Positions 49,254 through 63,164 of a stretch of 64,000 nt of DNA are shown one piece after another. This stretch comes from Syntrophales bacterium (GTDB lineage: Bacteria > Desulfobacterota > Syntrophia > Syntrophales > PHBD01), in contig OY764159.1 in assembly GCA_963668175.1 (NCBI GenBank), positions 1,600,001 to 1,664,000 on the forward strand, written 5' to 3'. The notes below the pieces were generated by a model that saw only the letters and a program-made list of their open reading frames with translations, was not told where the DNA came from and made no database searches. The stretch's first letter is position 1. Every line of letters begins with the position of its first letter. Position numbers and translations under genes: made by a program.

Positions 49254-49746
49254 TCTTTTTTTCCCTCCGCTTCCGTCTTCACCGCAGGCTGGTCCGTCTT
49301 GACCTCCGGCGCCATGTCCGTTTTCGTTTCCGCCGCCGCGGAAGGTGCAGGGACGGCCGCCTCCGGTTTTTTCTCCGCCTTTTCCTTGCGCAGGGCGATG
49401 GCCTGTTTCAGCCGCGTCATCAGGATTTTCGACTCGGGATAGAGATTTTCTTCCATCTGAAAATACTGCGAGGCCAGACCGTCGTTGTTCTGCCGGAAGT
49501 AAATGTACCCAGCTCCGCGTACACGCCGGGCGGCACACGCAGATTGAGCGTCTTGGACTGCTCGACGATGTTCTCAAGGGACTGTCTGTGCGCCAGGAGC
49601 GTATCGTCGCCGGGGGTTTTCTTGGCGCGATAGAGGGTTTCGGAATAGTTGCCCCAATAGTACATGGACGGCCTGGGCACACAGCCGGCCGTGCAGAGCA
49701 AAGCCAGGACGGCGACGGTCCATACCGCCAGGTGCCGTCTCTTCAT
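49250..49746 (-). pseudogene. DUF4810-family lipoprotein, frameshifted (or sequencing error)
   Basis: TAGC lipobox, YYWGNY, VPPGVYAELG then frame change at 49508-49510 to YIYFRQ..EENLYPES. Confidence 0.75.
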
Positions 49747-50087
49747 GGGACCTCGATTTCCGTCGTCATGCCTTCGCCCAAAATGACGGTCCGGTTGACG
49801 ACGACCCGGTCGCCCTTCTTCACGACGATGTTGTACTTGCCCGGCTGGATCTGATGGAGGGTGGCGCCGCCGGGGGACCTTCTATCGCTTGCAGGCTGGT
49901 CCGATTCACCCGGGCCTTTGAGCGCAAACGGCTGGATATCGCCGATATAGGCGACGGCACCGGCCGTGTTGCCCGAGAACCATACGAAGCTCTTGGGCGA
50001 CGGCTGGACGACGCCTTCCCGGTAGCCGCAGCCCCATAGTCCGAGGAGTGCCGCCAGAACCAGAATGGGGAGAACGCGTTTCTTCAT
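49743..50087 (-). CDS. Hypothetical lipoprotein
   Basis: LWGC lipobox; AGGAGG RBS; overlaps next gene. Confidence 0.75.
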   Translation of the reverse strand: MKKRVLPILVLAALLGLWGCGYREGVVQPSPKSFVWFSGNTAGAVAYIGDIQPFALKGPGESDQPASDRRSPGGATLHQIQPGKYNIVVKKGDRVVVNRTVILGEGMTTEIEVP

Positions 50088-50095
50088 GGAACCTC

Positions 50096-51079
50096 CTACG
50101 GCGTTTCGCCTATGTACAGGTTGGAAAAGTCTTTCGTTTTCAGATAGGGGGCGATCGCCTCCCGGCCGTCGACCACTTCGCAGAGCGACACCTCGTTTTC
50201 CGGCGTGTCGCCCGCGCAGGTTACGACCTTGAGCGTGGCGATCTTCCTGCCGGGGAGCGTGATCATCATGTTCGTCTGGGGATTTTTCACCTTCTTGCCT
50301 TCGACGTAGACGATGAAGAGGTTGCCCGGCGCGATGTTCTGAGATTTGCCGCCGGAGATGATGACGCTGTCCTCCTCGTAGCCGATGATGTAGGCGCGCC
50401 AGGGCTTGTTGAGGAGGTTCTCGATCACCCGCGACGAGAGGTTGGTGATGGCGGCGTCGAGGGCCTTGTCGTTGAGGGTCGAGTCGTAGCCGGCCCGCGC
50501 CCCGACGCCGAAGACCGTGCCCGCCTCCGAGAAGGCGGACCCTTCCCCGTATTCGGAGTAGAGGATCTGGCCTGTGTGGACGTCGATCAGGCGGATGTGG
50601 ACCTTGGCGTAAGCGGTCTGCTTCTTCACCCGGGAAAAAACGCCCACGTCGCTTGTATCCTGCCGGCCGAACTCGGTGATGGAACCCACGATCAGGTAAT
50701 CGGCCATGTTCTTGAGCGGCGCCATATTGCCGAGGGCCAACTCCTTCTGTATCTTGTCGAGGTCAGCCCGCTCCAGCATGATGAACTTGTCCGTCTGGAG
50801 GAGCTTGGCCGACAGGATGTCGACGGCCTGCTTGCCGATGCGGTCCTTGTTTTCGTCGATGAAGAAACTCTGTCCGTACTTGCTTTCGTTTGTGAAGCGG
50901 GCGATGGCCACTTTTCTCTTCAGGCCCGTCTTGGCGCCGGGCTGCGGCGCTTCGCTTATGGTCTTGCTGACCCGGGGTTTGTCGTCGACGGGCTGAATCT
51001 CCTGCTTCGGCATGGTGGCGCACGACGTAAGCATAAACAGGGCCGAGATCGCAACACCGGTTATCGCTCTCAACGTCAT
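50096..51079 (-). CDS. CsgG/HfaB-family lipoprotein
   Basis: LTSC lipobox, VAIARFTNE, FIMLER, ADYLIVGSITEFG, RLIDVHTGQI. Confidence 0.85.
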   Translation of the reverse strand: MTLRAITGVAISALFMLTSCATMPKQEIQPVDDKPRVSKTISEAPQPGAKTGLKRKVAIARFTNESKYGQSFFIDENKDRIGKQAVDILSAKLLQTDKFIMLERADLDKIQKELALGNMAPLKNMADYLIVGSITEFGRQDTSDVGVFSRVKKQTAYAKVHIRLIDVHTGQILYSEYGEGSAFSEAGTVFGVGARAGYDSTLNDKALDAAITNLSSRVIENLLNKPWRAYIIGYEEDSVIISGGKSQNIAPGNLFIVYVEGKKVKNPQTNMMITLPGRKIATLKVVTCAGDTPENEVSLCEVVDGREAIAPYLKTKDFSNLYIGETP

Positions 51080-51385
51080 TCGGAGCCTCCGATATGTATG
51101 GGTTAGACTAGCTGTAATCCAATATTGTTTCTATAATACTTATAATTCGTGAAGTCAAGAAAAGACGGAGACGACTGAAAAACGGGGGACCACTGTATGG
51201 GAGGCGTGCAGGTGAGGCGTTCGGGGCGCTTCGCTGGCGGGTGTGATGCGAAAGATTCTACGGCTGCGGCGGCAAGATGCATGCCGGCTGTGCGTCTGCG
51301 GCCCGCGATCCGTCTGCCGTCGAACACACGCACATATCCCTGCGCTTGAAGTGAATAGGTGGCCGGGCGATGCCGGAGGCGGCCG

Positions 51386-52309
51386 TCAGCTGTGCCGGCG
51401 CTTGGTTCCCTGCGGGCCTTCCATCCACTGCTTGATGCGGTTGGCGTCGGCATAGCGCGTTGCGGTGCCCTGGGAATCGAGCAGGACGATCACGACCGGG
51501 CGCTGGCCCACGCGGGACTGCATCACCAGGCACCGGCCGGCCTCATCGATGAAGCCCGTCTTGGAAAGGCCGATCTGCCAGCGGGGATTCCCGATCAGGC
51601 GGTTGCTGTTGCGGTACTGGACGACCCGGTGGCCCATGCGCAAAGTGATCTCCTTGCGGGTGGTGTATTGCCGGATGGGACCGTACTGGTAGGCCGTGTC
51701 CACCATCTTGACCAGATCCCGGGCGGAAGAAACGTTACGGCTGGATATCCCGGATGCGTCGTCGAAGTGCGTCTCGGCAAGACCGATCGACTGGGCCTTG
51801 GCGTTCATGGCGGCCACCAGGGCGGGCATGCCTCCCGGATAGGTTCTGCCCAACGCGTTTGCGGCGCGGTTTTCCGAGGCCATCAGGGCCAGGAGCATGG
51901 CGTCGCCGCGGCGGATGACGGTATAGATGGGCAGGCGGGAACGGCTGTGGCGCACCCGGTCCTTATCGTCTTCCACAATGGTGATGGGTTCGCTGAGGTC
52001 CTGTTTCGCGTCCAGGACGACCATGGCGGTCATGAGCTTGGTTATGGAGGCGATGGGCAGGACGGCCTGGGGCTGCTTCTGGAGGAGGCATTCGCCGGTC
52101 TGCTGGTCCGCCACCAGGGCGGAGGCGGAGCGGAGGACGAGCTGCCCGGGGGCGCGCGGGGCTTTGGCGCGGGCTGCCTTGGTCCGGACGCGCTTTTTAT
52201 GAATCTGCTTGGTTTTTGCCGCGTCTGCCTGACCTGCAAACCCGTGGACGATCAGCAATATCCCGCTCAGTAGGACTGCCAGTACCAACATCACACGTCG
52301 CTGCGTCAT
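51386..52309 (-). CDS. pbpG: D-alanyl-D-alanine endopeptidase (PBP7-like, peptidase S11)
   Basis: ASITK (SxxK), SEN, KTG; signal peptide. Confidence 0.88.
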   Translation of the reverse strand: MTQRRVMLVLAVLLSGILLIVHGFAGQADAAKTKQIHKKRVRTKAARAKAPRAPGQLVLRSASALVADQQTGECLLQKQPQAVLPIASITKLMTAMVVLDAKQDLSEPITIVEDDKDRVRHSRSRLPIYTVIRRGDAMLLALMASENRAANALGRTYPGGMPALVAAMNAKAQSIGLAETHFDDASGISSRNVSSARDLVKMVDTAYQYGPIRQYTTRKEITLRMGHRVVQYRNSNRLIGNPRWQIGLSKTGFIDEAGRCLVMQSRVGQRPVVIVLLDSQGTATRYADANRIKQWMEGPQGTKRRHS

Positions 52310-52617
52310 TTGCTCTCCCCTGTCCGTTGAGATGTGGCCGGCGCCTGTCGTTCCGGGCGGCCTTTTTTCAAGATACCTTTTAAAGGTCAATTCGCAATCT
52401 GTCAAGACTGTAATTTAATATCCGGTGAGCTTTTCCGCACTATCCCCGCAGGGGAGGGCCGTGAATGTTGATACAGCGGAAGGACGGTTTTTCCGGAGGC
52501 AAGGAAGGCGGGTGCGGCGGTTCTGACTGACTGCGGACAGAGGGCATCGGCGGACCCGAAGCTTAGTGGCAGACGGCGCTACGACGCAGTTGCAAAGGTT
52601 TTCCGCCGGGGATTGGA

Positions 52618-52633
52618 TGGTATGGAATTTGCT
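52618..52633 (+). promoter_or_regulatory. Putative sigma54 promoter
   Basis: TGGTATGGAATTTGCT = GG-N10-GC. Confidence 0.5.
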
Positions 52634-52854
52634 TCGTCAGATAGAGGAGAAGAAAAATATGCGGACAGGGCGTCACCCGTAAACCGCACTGTGACTGCTT
52701 TTGCCGCTTTATTTTTAGTGGGTGTTACGGCGTGTCTGCGATATAGGAGCACGGTTCGCCGGCCCGGCATGTGGCGTGTCGCAGCGGCCGCAGCGGGCCG
52801 GATCGTCCCGGATAGGCGCTGGGAATAGAAACATCATGAGAGAAAGGAGTCACT

Positions 52855-54009
52855 GTGAAAGTAACAAAAATTTTTACCGCTCTGGCGCTGTTGGCCTTAT
52901 GCGCCGCGCTGGTCGGATTGCCTGCGTCCCCGGCGGCGGAGGGCCAGGAAAGCCGTGTCAAGAAAGACGCCGGGTTCCTCGACGGCGTGATGCACTTCGC
53001 CGAGGGGCTGGCTGCGGTCTGTATCGAAGGGAAATGGGGATTCATTGATGCCGCCGGAAAGCGGGTCATCGAACCCCTGTACCACGAAGTCCGGAATTTC
53101 CGGAATAACTTCGCCGCCGCCCGGATCGAGAAAAAATGGGGTTTCATCGACAGAAAAGGGCGCATGGTCATCAATCCCCGGTTCGACGAGGCGCGTAATT
53201 TCTCCGAAGGACTCGCCCCCGTCAGGATGGGAACGAGCTGGGGCGCCATCGACGAGAAAGGCAACCTGGTTCTGGATTATTCTTTCGACGATCTGAAAGG
53301 CTTCAACGGCGGACTGGCGCCGGCAAAGCGAACGGGCAAGTGGGGGTTCATCGACAACAAGGGCAGCTTCCGGATCGCCCGGAAATACCTTGATGCCGGC
53401 GAATTCTCGGACAAGCTGGCTCCCGTGCGGAATGTGGAGAAGCAGTGGGGCTATATCGACCCCAAAGGCAATTTTGTCATCGACGCCCAGTTCGACGAGG
53501 CCGCATCCTTTGCCGAAGGGCTGGCCGCCGTTAAGGACGACACGAAATGGGGCTATATCGACAGGAAAGGACGCTTTGTCATCAACCTCAACTACGAAAA
53601 CGCCCGGCCTTTCTCGGAAAAACTGGCGGCGGTGATGTCCGGCGGACAGTGGGGTTACATCGACCGGAAAGGCGGTTTCGTTGTTTCCCCGGCCTATGCA
53701 AGCGCATCCGAATTTTCGCCGGAAGGGCTTGCCCTCGTCGAGAAGGACGGAGAGTCTTTCTACATCAGGACCAACAGCAAGAGGGTTGCGGAACTGCCGG
53801 CCAGGGCCGCGAAACTCCAGGCGGCCATGCCGCCCCCTGCCGTTCCGTCCGTTCCGTCCGAACCGGCTGCTGCGGCCGCGCCGCAGGTCGGTATTTCCGA
53901 CAGCAGCTGGACGCCGCGGATCGCCGGCGAAGAGGCCATCGCTCCCTCGATGAGACCTGCGGCATCCGACGACAAGTGGAGCCCGGCCATTCTCGACGAG
54001 TCCAATTAA
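52855..54009 (+). CDS. Secreted WG-repeat protein
   Basis: Signal peptide; ~7 repeats of FSEGLA.V....KWGFID.KG; AAAGGAG RBS, GTG start. Confidence 0.9.
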   Translation: MKVTKIFTALALLALCAALVGLPASPAAEGQESRVKKDAGFLDGVMHFAEGLAAVCIEGKWGFIDAAGKRVIEPLYHEVRNFRNNFAAARIEKKWGFIDRKGRMVINPRFDEARNFSEGLAPVRMGTSWGAIDEKGNLVLDYSFDDLKGFNGGLAPAKRTGKWGFIDNKGSFRIARKYLDAGEFSDKLAPVRNVEKQWGYIDPKGNFVIDAQFDEAASFAEGLAAVKDDTKWGYIDRKGRFVINLNYENARPFSEKLAAVMSGGQWGYIDRKGGFVVSPAYASASEFSPEGLALVEKDGESFYIRTNSKRVAELPARAAKLQAAMPPPAVPSVPSEPAAAAAPQVGISDSSWTPRIAGEEAIAPSMRPAASDDKWSPAILDESN

Positions 54010-54030
54010 ACCTATCCAAGGAGGATATCC

Positions 54031-55200
54031 ATGAAATTATTTAAACAGAAGACGTTCCATCTGCTCGCGGTTGCCGCGATATTAATTCTCGCCCTTTCGT
54101 CGGCCGAGGCCTGCACCGGCATCATGTTCACGCTGTTTCCCAAGATCGGCGTTTCCGACAACCAGTACGCCTTCCAGGCGAGGACCATGGAGTTCGGTCC
54201 CGACGTCACCGGCTGGCGCCTGATCTCCGTTCCCCGGGGTTATCCCTACACGAGCTGCCGGCAGAATATCTGCGGCGACGGCATCGAGGGCATCAAGTGG
54301 ACGTCGCGATTTCATTATGTCGGGATGAGCCCGGCGCGTCCCGGCATGCCGCTGATCGACGAAGTCACCGACGGCATCAACGAGCGGGGATTGGCCTGCG
54401 GCGGTTTCTACCATATGGGCTACGAGGAGTATAAAAAGAATCCGTCAAGCGGGCGGACGATCGCCAATACCGATTTCGTTTCGTGGGTCCTGAGCAATTT
54501 CGCGACGGTGAAGGAACTCAGGGAAGCCCTGTTCTTGAGAAAGGTGGAGGTCGCCCAGTTCACGGTGCCGTCCTGCGCGAAGGCCGGTACGTGCCCGCAG
54601 CTTCATTTTGCCGTTACGGACGAAAGTGGCGCCTCCGTCGTTATCGAATTCAAGGGCGGGGAGCCCGTCGTCTTCGACAGCATCGGCGTCATCACCAACA
54701 ATCCGACCTACGACTGGCACACGACAAACCTGAACAACTATATCGGCCTGCAGGCGCTGAGCCGGGAAACAGGCATTTTCTACAACAGGACATACACGAA
54801 GCTGGGCAACGGTACGGGCGCCATCGGACTGCCGGGAGATTTCACGCCGCCTTCCCGGTTCGTCCGGGCCATGTACTTTCTGACGACGTCCATGCCCCTC
54901 GATGCGAAGCCTGATGAGGGCGTGGCCAGGGCGTTTCGGATCCTGAACCAGTTCGACATCCCCGTCGGGTCGATTGTCGCCCCGTCGCCGACCGGACAGG
55001 GCATGATCCAGGATTCCACGATGTGGACATCCCTGTCGGACACCAAGCGGCGCCGCTATTATTTCCACACCCAGACGAACCGGACGGTGCGGGTGCTCGA
55101 ACTGGACAAGCTCCCCAAGAACAGCCTCTCCTATATGGAGCTGCCCGCCCATGACGTGATCATCGACGTGTCGAAGAAATTCACGCCGATGAGCAACTAG
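54031..55200 (+). CDS. Linear amide C-N hydrolase (choloylglycine hydrolase/penicillin V acylase family)
   Basis: Signal peptide then nucleophile C-T-G; ARTMEF, DGINERGL, TNNP, GLPGDFTPPSRFVRA. Confidence 0.9.
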   Translation: MKLFKQKTFHLLAVAAILILALSSAEACTGIMFTLFPKIGVSDNQYAFQARTMEFGPDVTGWRLISVPRGYPYTSCRQNICGDGIEGIKWTSRFHYVGMSPARPGMPLIDEVTDGINERGLACGGFYHMGYEEYKKNPSSGRTIANTDFVSWVLSNFATVKELREALFLRKVEVAQFTVPSCAKAGTCPQLHFAVTDESGASVVIEFKGGEPVVFDSIGVITNNPTYDWHTTNLNNYIGLQALSRETGIFYNRTYTKLGNGTGAIGLPGDFTPPSRFVRAMYFLTTSMPLDAKPDEGVARAFRILNQFDIPVGSIVAPSPTGQGMIQDSTMWTSLSDTKRRRYYFHTQTNRTVRVLELDKLPKNSLSYMELPAHDVIIDVSKKFTPMSN

Positions 55201-55265
55201 AATAGAAACGGCCCGGCGGCCGGTCCCTGAACGGGACGGCCGCCGGTATTCATCCTTCTCCGATC

Positions 55266-55292
55266 CGCCCGGTGGCGGAAACTGCCGCCGGG
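55266..55292. terminator. Hairpin between convergent genes
   Basis: CCCGGTGGCGG-AAA-CTGCCGCCGGG; a second hairpin lies just upstream. Confidence 0.55.
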
Positions 55293-55300
55293 ATAGGCCG

Positions 55301-55864
55301 TTATTTTTTCATGAGCTTGCGGCCGGCTTCCCAGGCCCGGCCCGCCTCATCCCCGAGGGACCGGTAGGTATTGTCGGGCATCGTGAGGATGAGGTAGTCC
55401 GCCCTGGCCGGGTTGATCCGGCCGCCTTCCAGGCACGACTCGGCCGCATAGGCCTCCCTGATCTCGCCGACGAAGAAAAAGTTGCTCGGCCCCGAAACGG
55501 TCTCCACGAGGGTACACGCCAGGTTGAGCGAGGCCTCCTCGATCAGCGGCGCCGTCTTGATGCCGCCGTAGAAGAGGGTGAAAAGGGAGGACTTGTCCAC
55601 TTTGGCGCCCGATACCATCCCGCAGTAGTCGGTCTTGTCGAGATCGGCGCGGCGCGGGAAACAGACGCTGAAGCCCGCGTTGGCGATGACGGCTTCGGGC
55701 GTCGCATGGGCGCGGTTAATGCCCACCCCGATCCACGGCGGGTTCGCATTGACGCGGGAGACCCAGCCCGCCGTCATAAAGTTGGCCTTGCCCTTAAGCA
55801 GGGAGCCGACAAGGATCACCGGCATCGGGATAAAAACGTTGTTGTCGATTTTGACCTGTTTCAC
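55301..55864 (-). CDS. Flavin reductase/flavoredoxin family protein
   Basis: PMPVILVG, ANFMTAGW, DYCGMVSG..VDKS, APLIEE. Confidence 0.88.
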   Translation of the reverse strand: MKQVKIDNNVFIPMPVILVGSLLKGKANFMTAGWVSRVNANPPWIGVGINRAHATPEAVIANAGFSVCFPRRADLDKTDYCGMVSGAKVDKSSLFTLFYGGIKTAPLIEEASLNLACTLVETVSGPSNFFFVGEIREAYAAESCLEGGRINPARADYLILTMPDNTYRSLGDEAGRAWEAGRKLMKK

Positions 55865-56002
55865 GGCAATTCCTCCCTCTTGAGCGGTGCTGGAACGGAT
55901 CAGCCGGAGCCGACGCAGGCATGCCGGCCTTCCGCCTTACAGTTGTCGCCGGAATCGGGAAATAGCGCCGGGGGAGGCGCCCATAGTGCCTAAATCGCAA
56001 CG

Positions 56003-56440
56003 TTACGCGATTTCGACCTTGACCGGTGTTACGTTACAGACATTGTCCGAAACAGGGCAACGGCATTCGACCTCGTGGATGAAGGCCTCTTTTTCCTCCT
56101 TCGACATGTCGGCGTCGATGTTCAGTTTTACCTTGATGTCCTGGAAGCCGGCCCGGTTGTCCTTGCATTTGCCCAGGAGCGTCTCGACGTCGAAGTCGCC
56201 TTCGATCTTGACGTCAAGGGCCTTCAGATCGATCCGCTTCTGCTTGGCGACGATCCGGGCGACCGTGCCGATGCAGCCTGCGATGGATGCAAATAGGTAT
56301 TCCACGGGGGTAGGTCCCGCGTCGGCTCCGCCTCCGGCCTGGGGCTGGTCGATATAGAGCGTATGGTTTCCCGCTTTCACTTCCACTTTGAATCTGTCGT
56401 CGAGTTTCGCCTCGACGGACACCGTCTTCATCTTTGCCAT
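56003..56440 (-). CDS. OsmC-family protein
   Basis: DQP..GGGADAGPTPVEY, AGC, RCPVSD. Confidence 0.9.
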   Translation of the reverse strand: MAKMKTVSVEAKLDDRFKVEVKAGNHTLYIDQPQAGGGADAGPTPVEYLFASIAGCIGTVARIVAKQKRIDLKALDVKIEGDFDVETLLGKCKDNRAGFQDIKVKLNIDADMSKEEKEAFIHEVECRCPVSDNVCNVTPVKVEIA

Positions 56441-56751
56441 GCTCCGTCCTCCTTCATATTTTATTATTGCCGACGCCGGTCGATACCGGTGCAGTGTTTC
56501 CCCTCTTTCTTCCGGATGAACACGTGCTCGCCTCCTTCGCGCCCGGCCTTTCCGATGTCTGTCATGGATGAGGAAGTATAGAGAACCCCCCCAGGGCTGT
56601 CAATGGATTTAATCTTTTCCCTTCCGATTGCGAAGGGCACCGGCGGCATGGTATAAAGAAATACGTAGACGGTCTGTCGCAGGTTGGCGTTACCTAACCC
56701 CGGAGGCGGCGGTGAAGGACATCGTGCGCCGGAATGGCTGGAGGCGGGACC

Positions 56752-57417
56752 ATGAATATCGATTTCGGGTTGATGGTGCTTGAGTCCGTTCTGCTTGCCG
56801 TTACAATCATTCTCCTGATCTACAACATCCATGAGGGCAGGCAGCGGGACATGCTTCTCAAAGAAGTAGGCCGGGCGACGAAAATCCTTACGCGGCAGGA
56901 ATACTTCTTTGCTCTTCTCGACGCCATGCGGGATGCCGAACGTGAGATTGTCGGCTGCATCACCGGAAGCCCCCCTGTCGGGGAGGACATCCGGATGTCG
57001 CGCAGCATCGTGGAGACCATCGAGAAACTGACGGTGAAAGGCGTGCGCGTCGCCTTCGTGCTGCCCAAGTTTCCCGACCGGCTTCAGGTCGGCATGCTCT
57101 ACAGCAAGGCGGGGGCAGAGGTCCGCTTCAGCGGCGACGTTATGGTCCATGCCGTCCGCTACAGCGTCGTCGACGAAAAGGTCGTTGTCCTCGGCGTTCC
57201 CGAAAGCACGGGGGAGAAGGAAGCGACCAGGAAAGGGTACCGGATACCGTCGGAGGGGCTGGCGAGGATCCTGAAGGGCCATTTCAACGCCTGCGAAAAG
57301 ATATCGACCCTCAGGGAGTATGTGCGCGAGGTCATCAAACAGACGGGGGCGCCGCCGGATCATGTCGCCCGGGAATTCCACCTGGACGAAAAGGCCCTCC
57401 GGGACCTGCTGAAGTGA
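56752..57417 (+). CDS. Hypothetical membrane-anchored protein, possible PLD-like/TrmB-like domain
   Basis: N-terminal TM; AEREI, GAEVR, RYSVVDEKVVVLG; GGAGG RBS. Confidence 0.55.
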   Translation: MNIDFGLMVLESVLLAVTIILLIYNIHEGRQRDMLLKEVGRATKILTRQEYFFALLDAMRDAEREIVGCITGSPPVGEDIRMSRSIVETIEKLTVKGVRVAFVLPKFPDRLQVGMLYSKAGAEVRFSGDVMVHAVRYSVVDEKVVVLGVPESTGEKEATRKGYRIPSEGLARILKGHFNACEKISTLREYVREVIKQTGAPPDHVAREFHLDEKALRDLLK

Positions 57418-57480
57418 CGGCGCAAGGCCCGCGCCGGGAACTCCGGCGCCCATCCGGGAGACGATCGATACAGTCAATAA

Positions 57481-57516
57481 AAAACGGCCGGAGGGCTTGC
57501 GCCCGCCGGCCGTTTT
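57481..57516. terminator. Bidirectional terminator
   Basis: AAAACGGCCGG...CCGGCCGTTTT between convergent genes. Confidence 0.8.
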
Positions 57517-57535
57517 ATTTTTCCGGGTATAACGG

Positions 57536-58987
57536 CTAAACGTCCTTACCGAACTGGGCCTGGAAGGCGTCCACCACTTTTCTCCCCCAGTCGCCCTTGA
57601 CGGGCTCAAGCAGACCGAAGAAAAAGCGCATCACCGGCGGCTCCTGGACGAAACGCAGGCCCCCGATCAGGTTCTTGTGCTTGTGGAGCCAGGCGATCCG
57701 GTCGGCGAGGTATTCGATCTGCCCCAGCGTGACGGCCCGGCGCGGGATGGCGATGCGCACCAGTTCCATCCTGCCCAGGACTTCCTTGCCGGTTTTCGGG
57801 TCCCGGTCCTCGGACATCGTTCCGCGCTCGACGCCGCGGGCGCCGGAGACGAGGTACATCGCCGCGTTCAGGCACTCCGCCGGATACTGGAGCGGCGGGA
57901 TGTGGGGCAGGAAGGCGCGGGCATCGACGTGGCAGGCCAGGCCCCCGGGAGGCGTCACGACGGGTACGCCATACTCCTGCAGGCGCTCGGCAAAGTACTG
58001 GATGAATTCGGGGCTGCTGCCGGCCACTTCCGGGTCGGTCATTTCGCTCAGGCCCACCGCCATTGCCTCCAGTTCCTTGGTGGACATGCCGCCGTAGGTG
58101 GAGAAACCTTCGTAGACGGGAAGCCACGTCATCAAGTGGCTGAACCACTCCTTGTTGTTCGTGGCGATGAGGCCGCCGCGGGCGCTGCCGCTCTTCCGGC
58201 CGGACATGTAAAGAAGGTCGGCGTAGCGCATCATTTCCCGCGTGATCTCCCGCAGGGATTTCTTGGCGTAGCCCTTCTCGCGCATCTTGATGAAATAGGC
58301 GTTTTCGCCCACGAGGCTGCCGTCGATGATAAGCGGTATCTTGTGCTCTGTCGCGATCTTCCGCACCTCTTTCAGGTTTTTCATCGAGAAGGGCTGGCCG
58401 CCGATGAGGTTCGTCGTTGCCTCCATCCGGATGAAGGCAACCTTGCCGGCGCCGAGTTTTCTGATGGCGGCCTTCAGTTTCCTGATGTCGATATTGCCCT
58501 TGAACGGTTCGTTGCCCTTGGGAATGAACGCATGGTCCGCAACGAGGTCGTGGATTTTGGACGCCGCCAGCTCTACGTGAACGCGGGTGGACGGAAAATG
58601 GTAGTTGTTCAGGACCTCCTGGCCGGGTTTCAGGAAGACCTTGACCAGCAGGTGTTCCGCGGCGCGGCCCTGATGGACGGGAAGGGTATGCTCGAAGCCG
58701 AAGACCTCCTTGACGACGCGGGCCAGTCGGAAGAAGCTCTCGGACCCTGCATAGGCGTCGTCCGCGACCATCATCGCCGCTAACTGGTTGTCGCTCATGG
58801 CGTTGGTGCCGCTGTCCGTCAGCCAGTCGAGGAAGACCTCCCGCGACGGCAACAGGAACGTGTTGTAGCCGCATGCCCGCAGGCATTTCAGTCTTTGCTC
58901 CGCCGGAAGCAGATTCATCTTCTGCACAATTTTGACCTTGTGCATTTCCACGGGTACGCGTTTTCCGCTTGCCAGGGTAATAAGCAT
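57536..58987 (-). CDS. Tryptophanase/tyrosine phenol-lyase family PLP enzyme
   Basis: GYNTFLL, TDSGTNAMS, DDAYAGS, HQGRAAE, YEGFSTYGGM, LVRIAIPRR. Confidence 0.9.
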   Translation of the reverse strand: MLITLASGKRVPVEMHKVKIVQKMNLLPAEQRLKCLRACGYNTFLLPSREVFLDWLTDSGTNAMSDNQLAAMMVADDAYAGSESFFRLARVVKEVFGFEHTLPVHQGRAAEHLLVKVFLKPGQEVLNNYHFPSTRVHVELAASKIHDLVADHAFIPKGNEPFKGNIDIRKLKAAIRKLGAGKVAFIRMEATTNLIGGQPFSMKNLKEVRKIATEHKIPLIIDGSLVGENAYFIKMREKGYAKKSLREITREMMRYADLLYMSGRKSGSARGGLIATNNKEWFSHLMTWLPVYEGFSTYGGMSTKELEAMAVGLSEMTDPEVAGSSPEFIQYFAERLQEYGVPVVTPPGGLACHVDARAFLPHIPPLQYPAECLNAAMYLVSGARGVERGTMSEDRDPKTGKEVLGRMELVRIAIPRRAVTLGQIEYLADRIAWLHKHKNLIGGLRFVQEPPVMRFFFGLLEPVKGDWGRKVVDAFQAQFGKDV

Positions 58988-59396
58988 CTCTATATGTCCT
59001 TTCGGTGAAGTATTTTTTTAAAGTGCATTTTAGGGGCAACCGGCTGTCGTGTCAATGAAAGTTTTACACGTCGATTACGGGAAGCCGGTGCGGCGACCCG
59101 GGGGTCACAGTCACCCGCCGCAAGGGTTGACGGCCGCCAGGGGGACGACGATCGAGAGGAAGGAATCCTTGGCGCAGGTAAGGGTGCTGTCGGAGGGCAG
59201 GTAGAGGCACGCGACGGCTGCCAGCCAAATCATGAGTGCCCCGGCCCCGTGCGGTTGATCCTGAACCGGTTCTCTGCGGAGGCGAAGTCCTCTCTGCTGC
59301 GGCTGCCGTATACGGGATTCATCCCGATCCCGCCCGGATAAAGGCAACCGCTGTAAACGATGCCCGCCGGGACCGCAAGAGCGACGGCCGAAAACG

Positions 59397-63164
<3,768 letters not shown>

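Noticed and set aside
52990..53760. Periodic DNA repeats as CRISPR
   Set aside because: Degenerate in-frame WG protein repeats; no CRISPR array seen anywhere in the window
59075..59110. GGGAAGCCGGTGC resembling a cobalamin riboswitch core (also near 28704)
   Set aside because: Remaining B12-box elements not found and orientation does not fit the downstream genes
59111..59234. 40-aa minus ORF faintly like an RpiR/SIS C-terminus
   Set aside because: Too short and too weak to support
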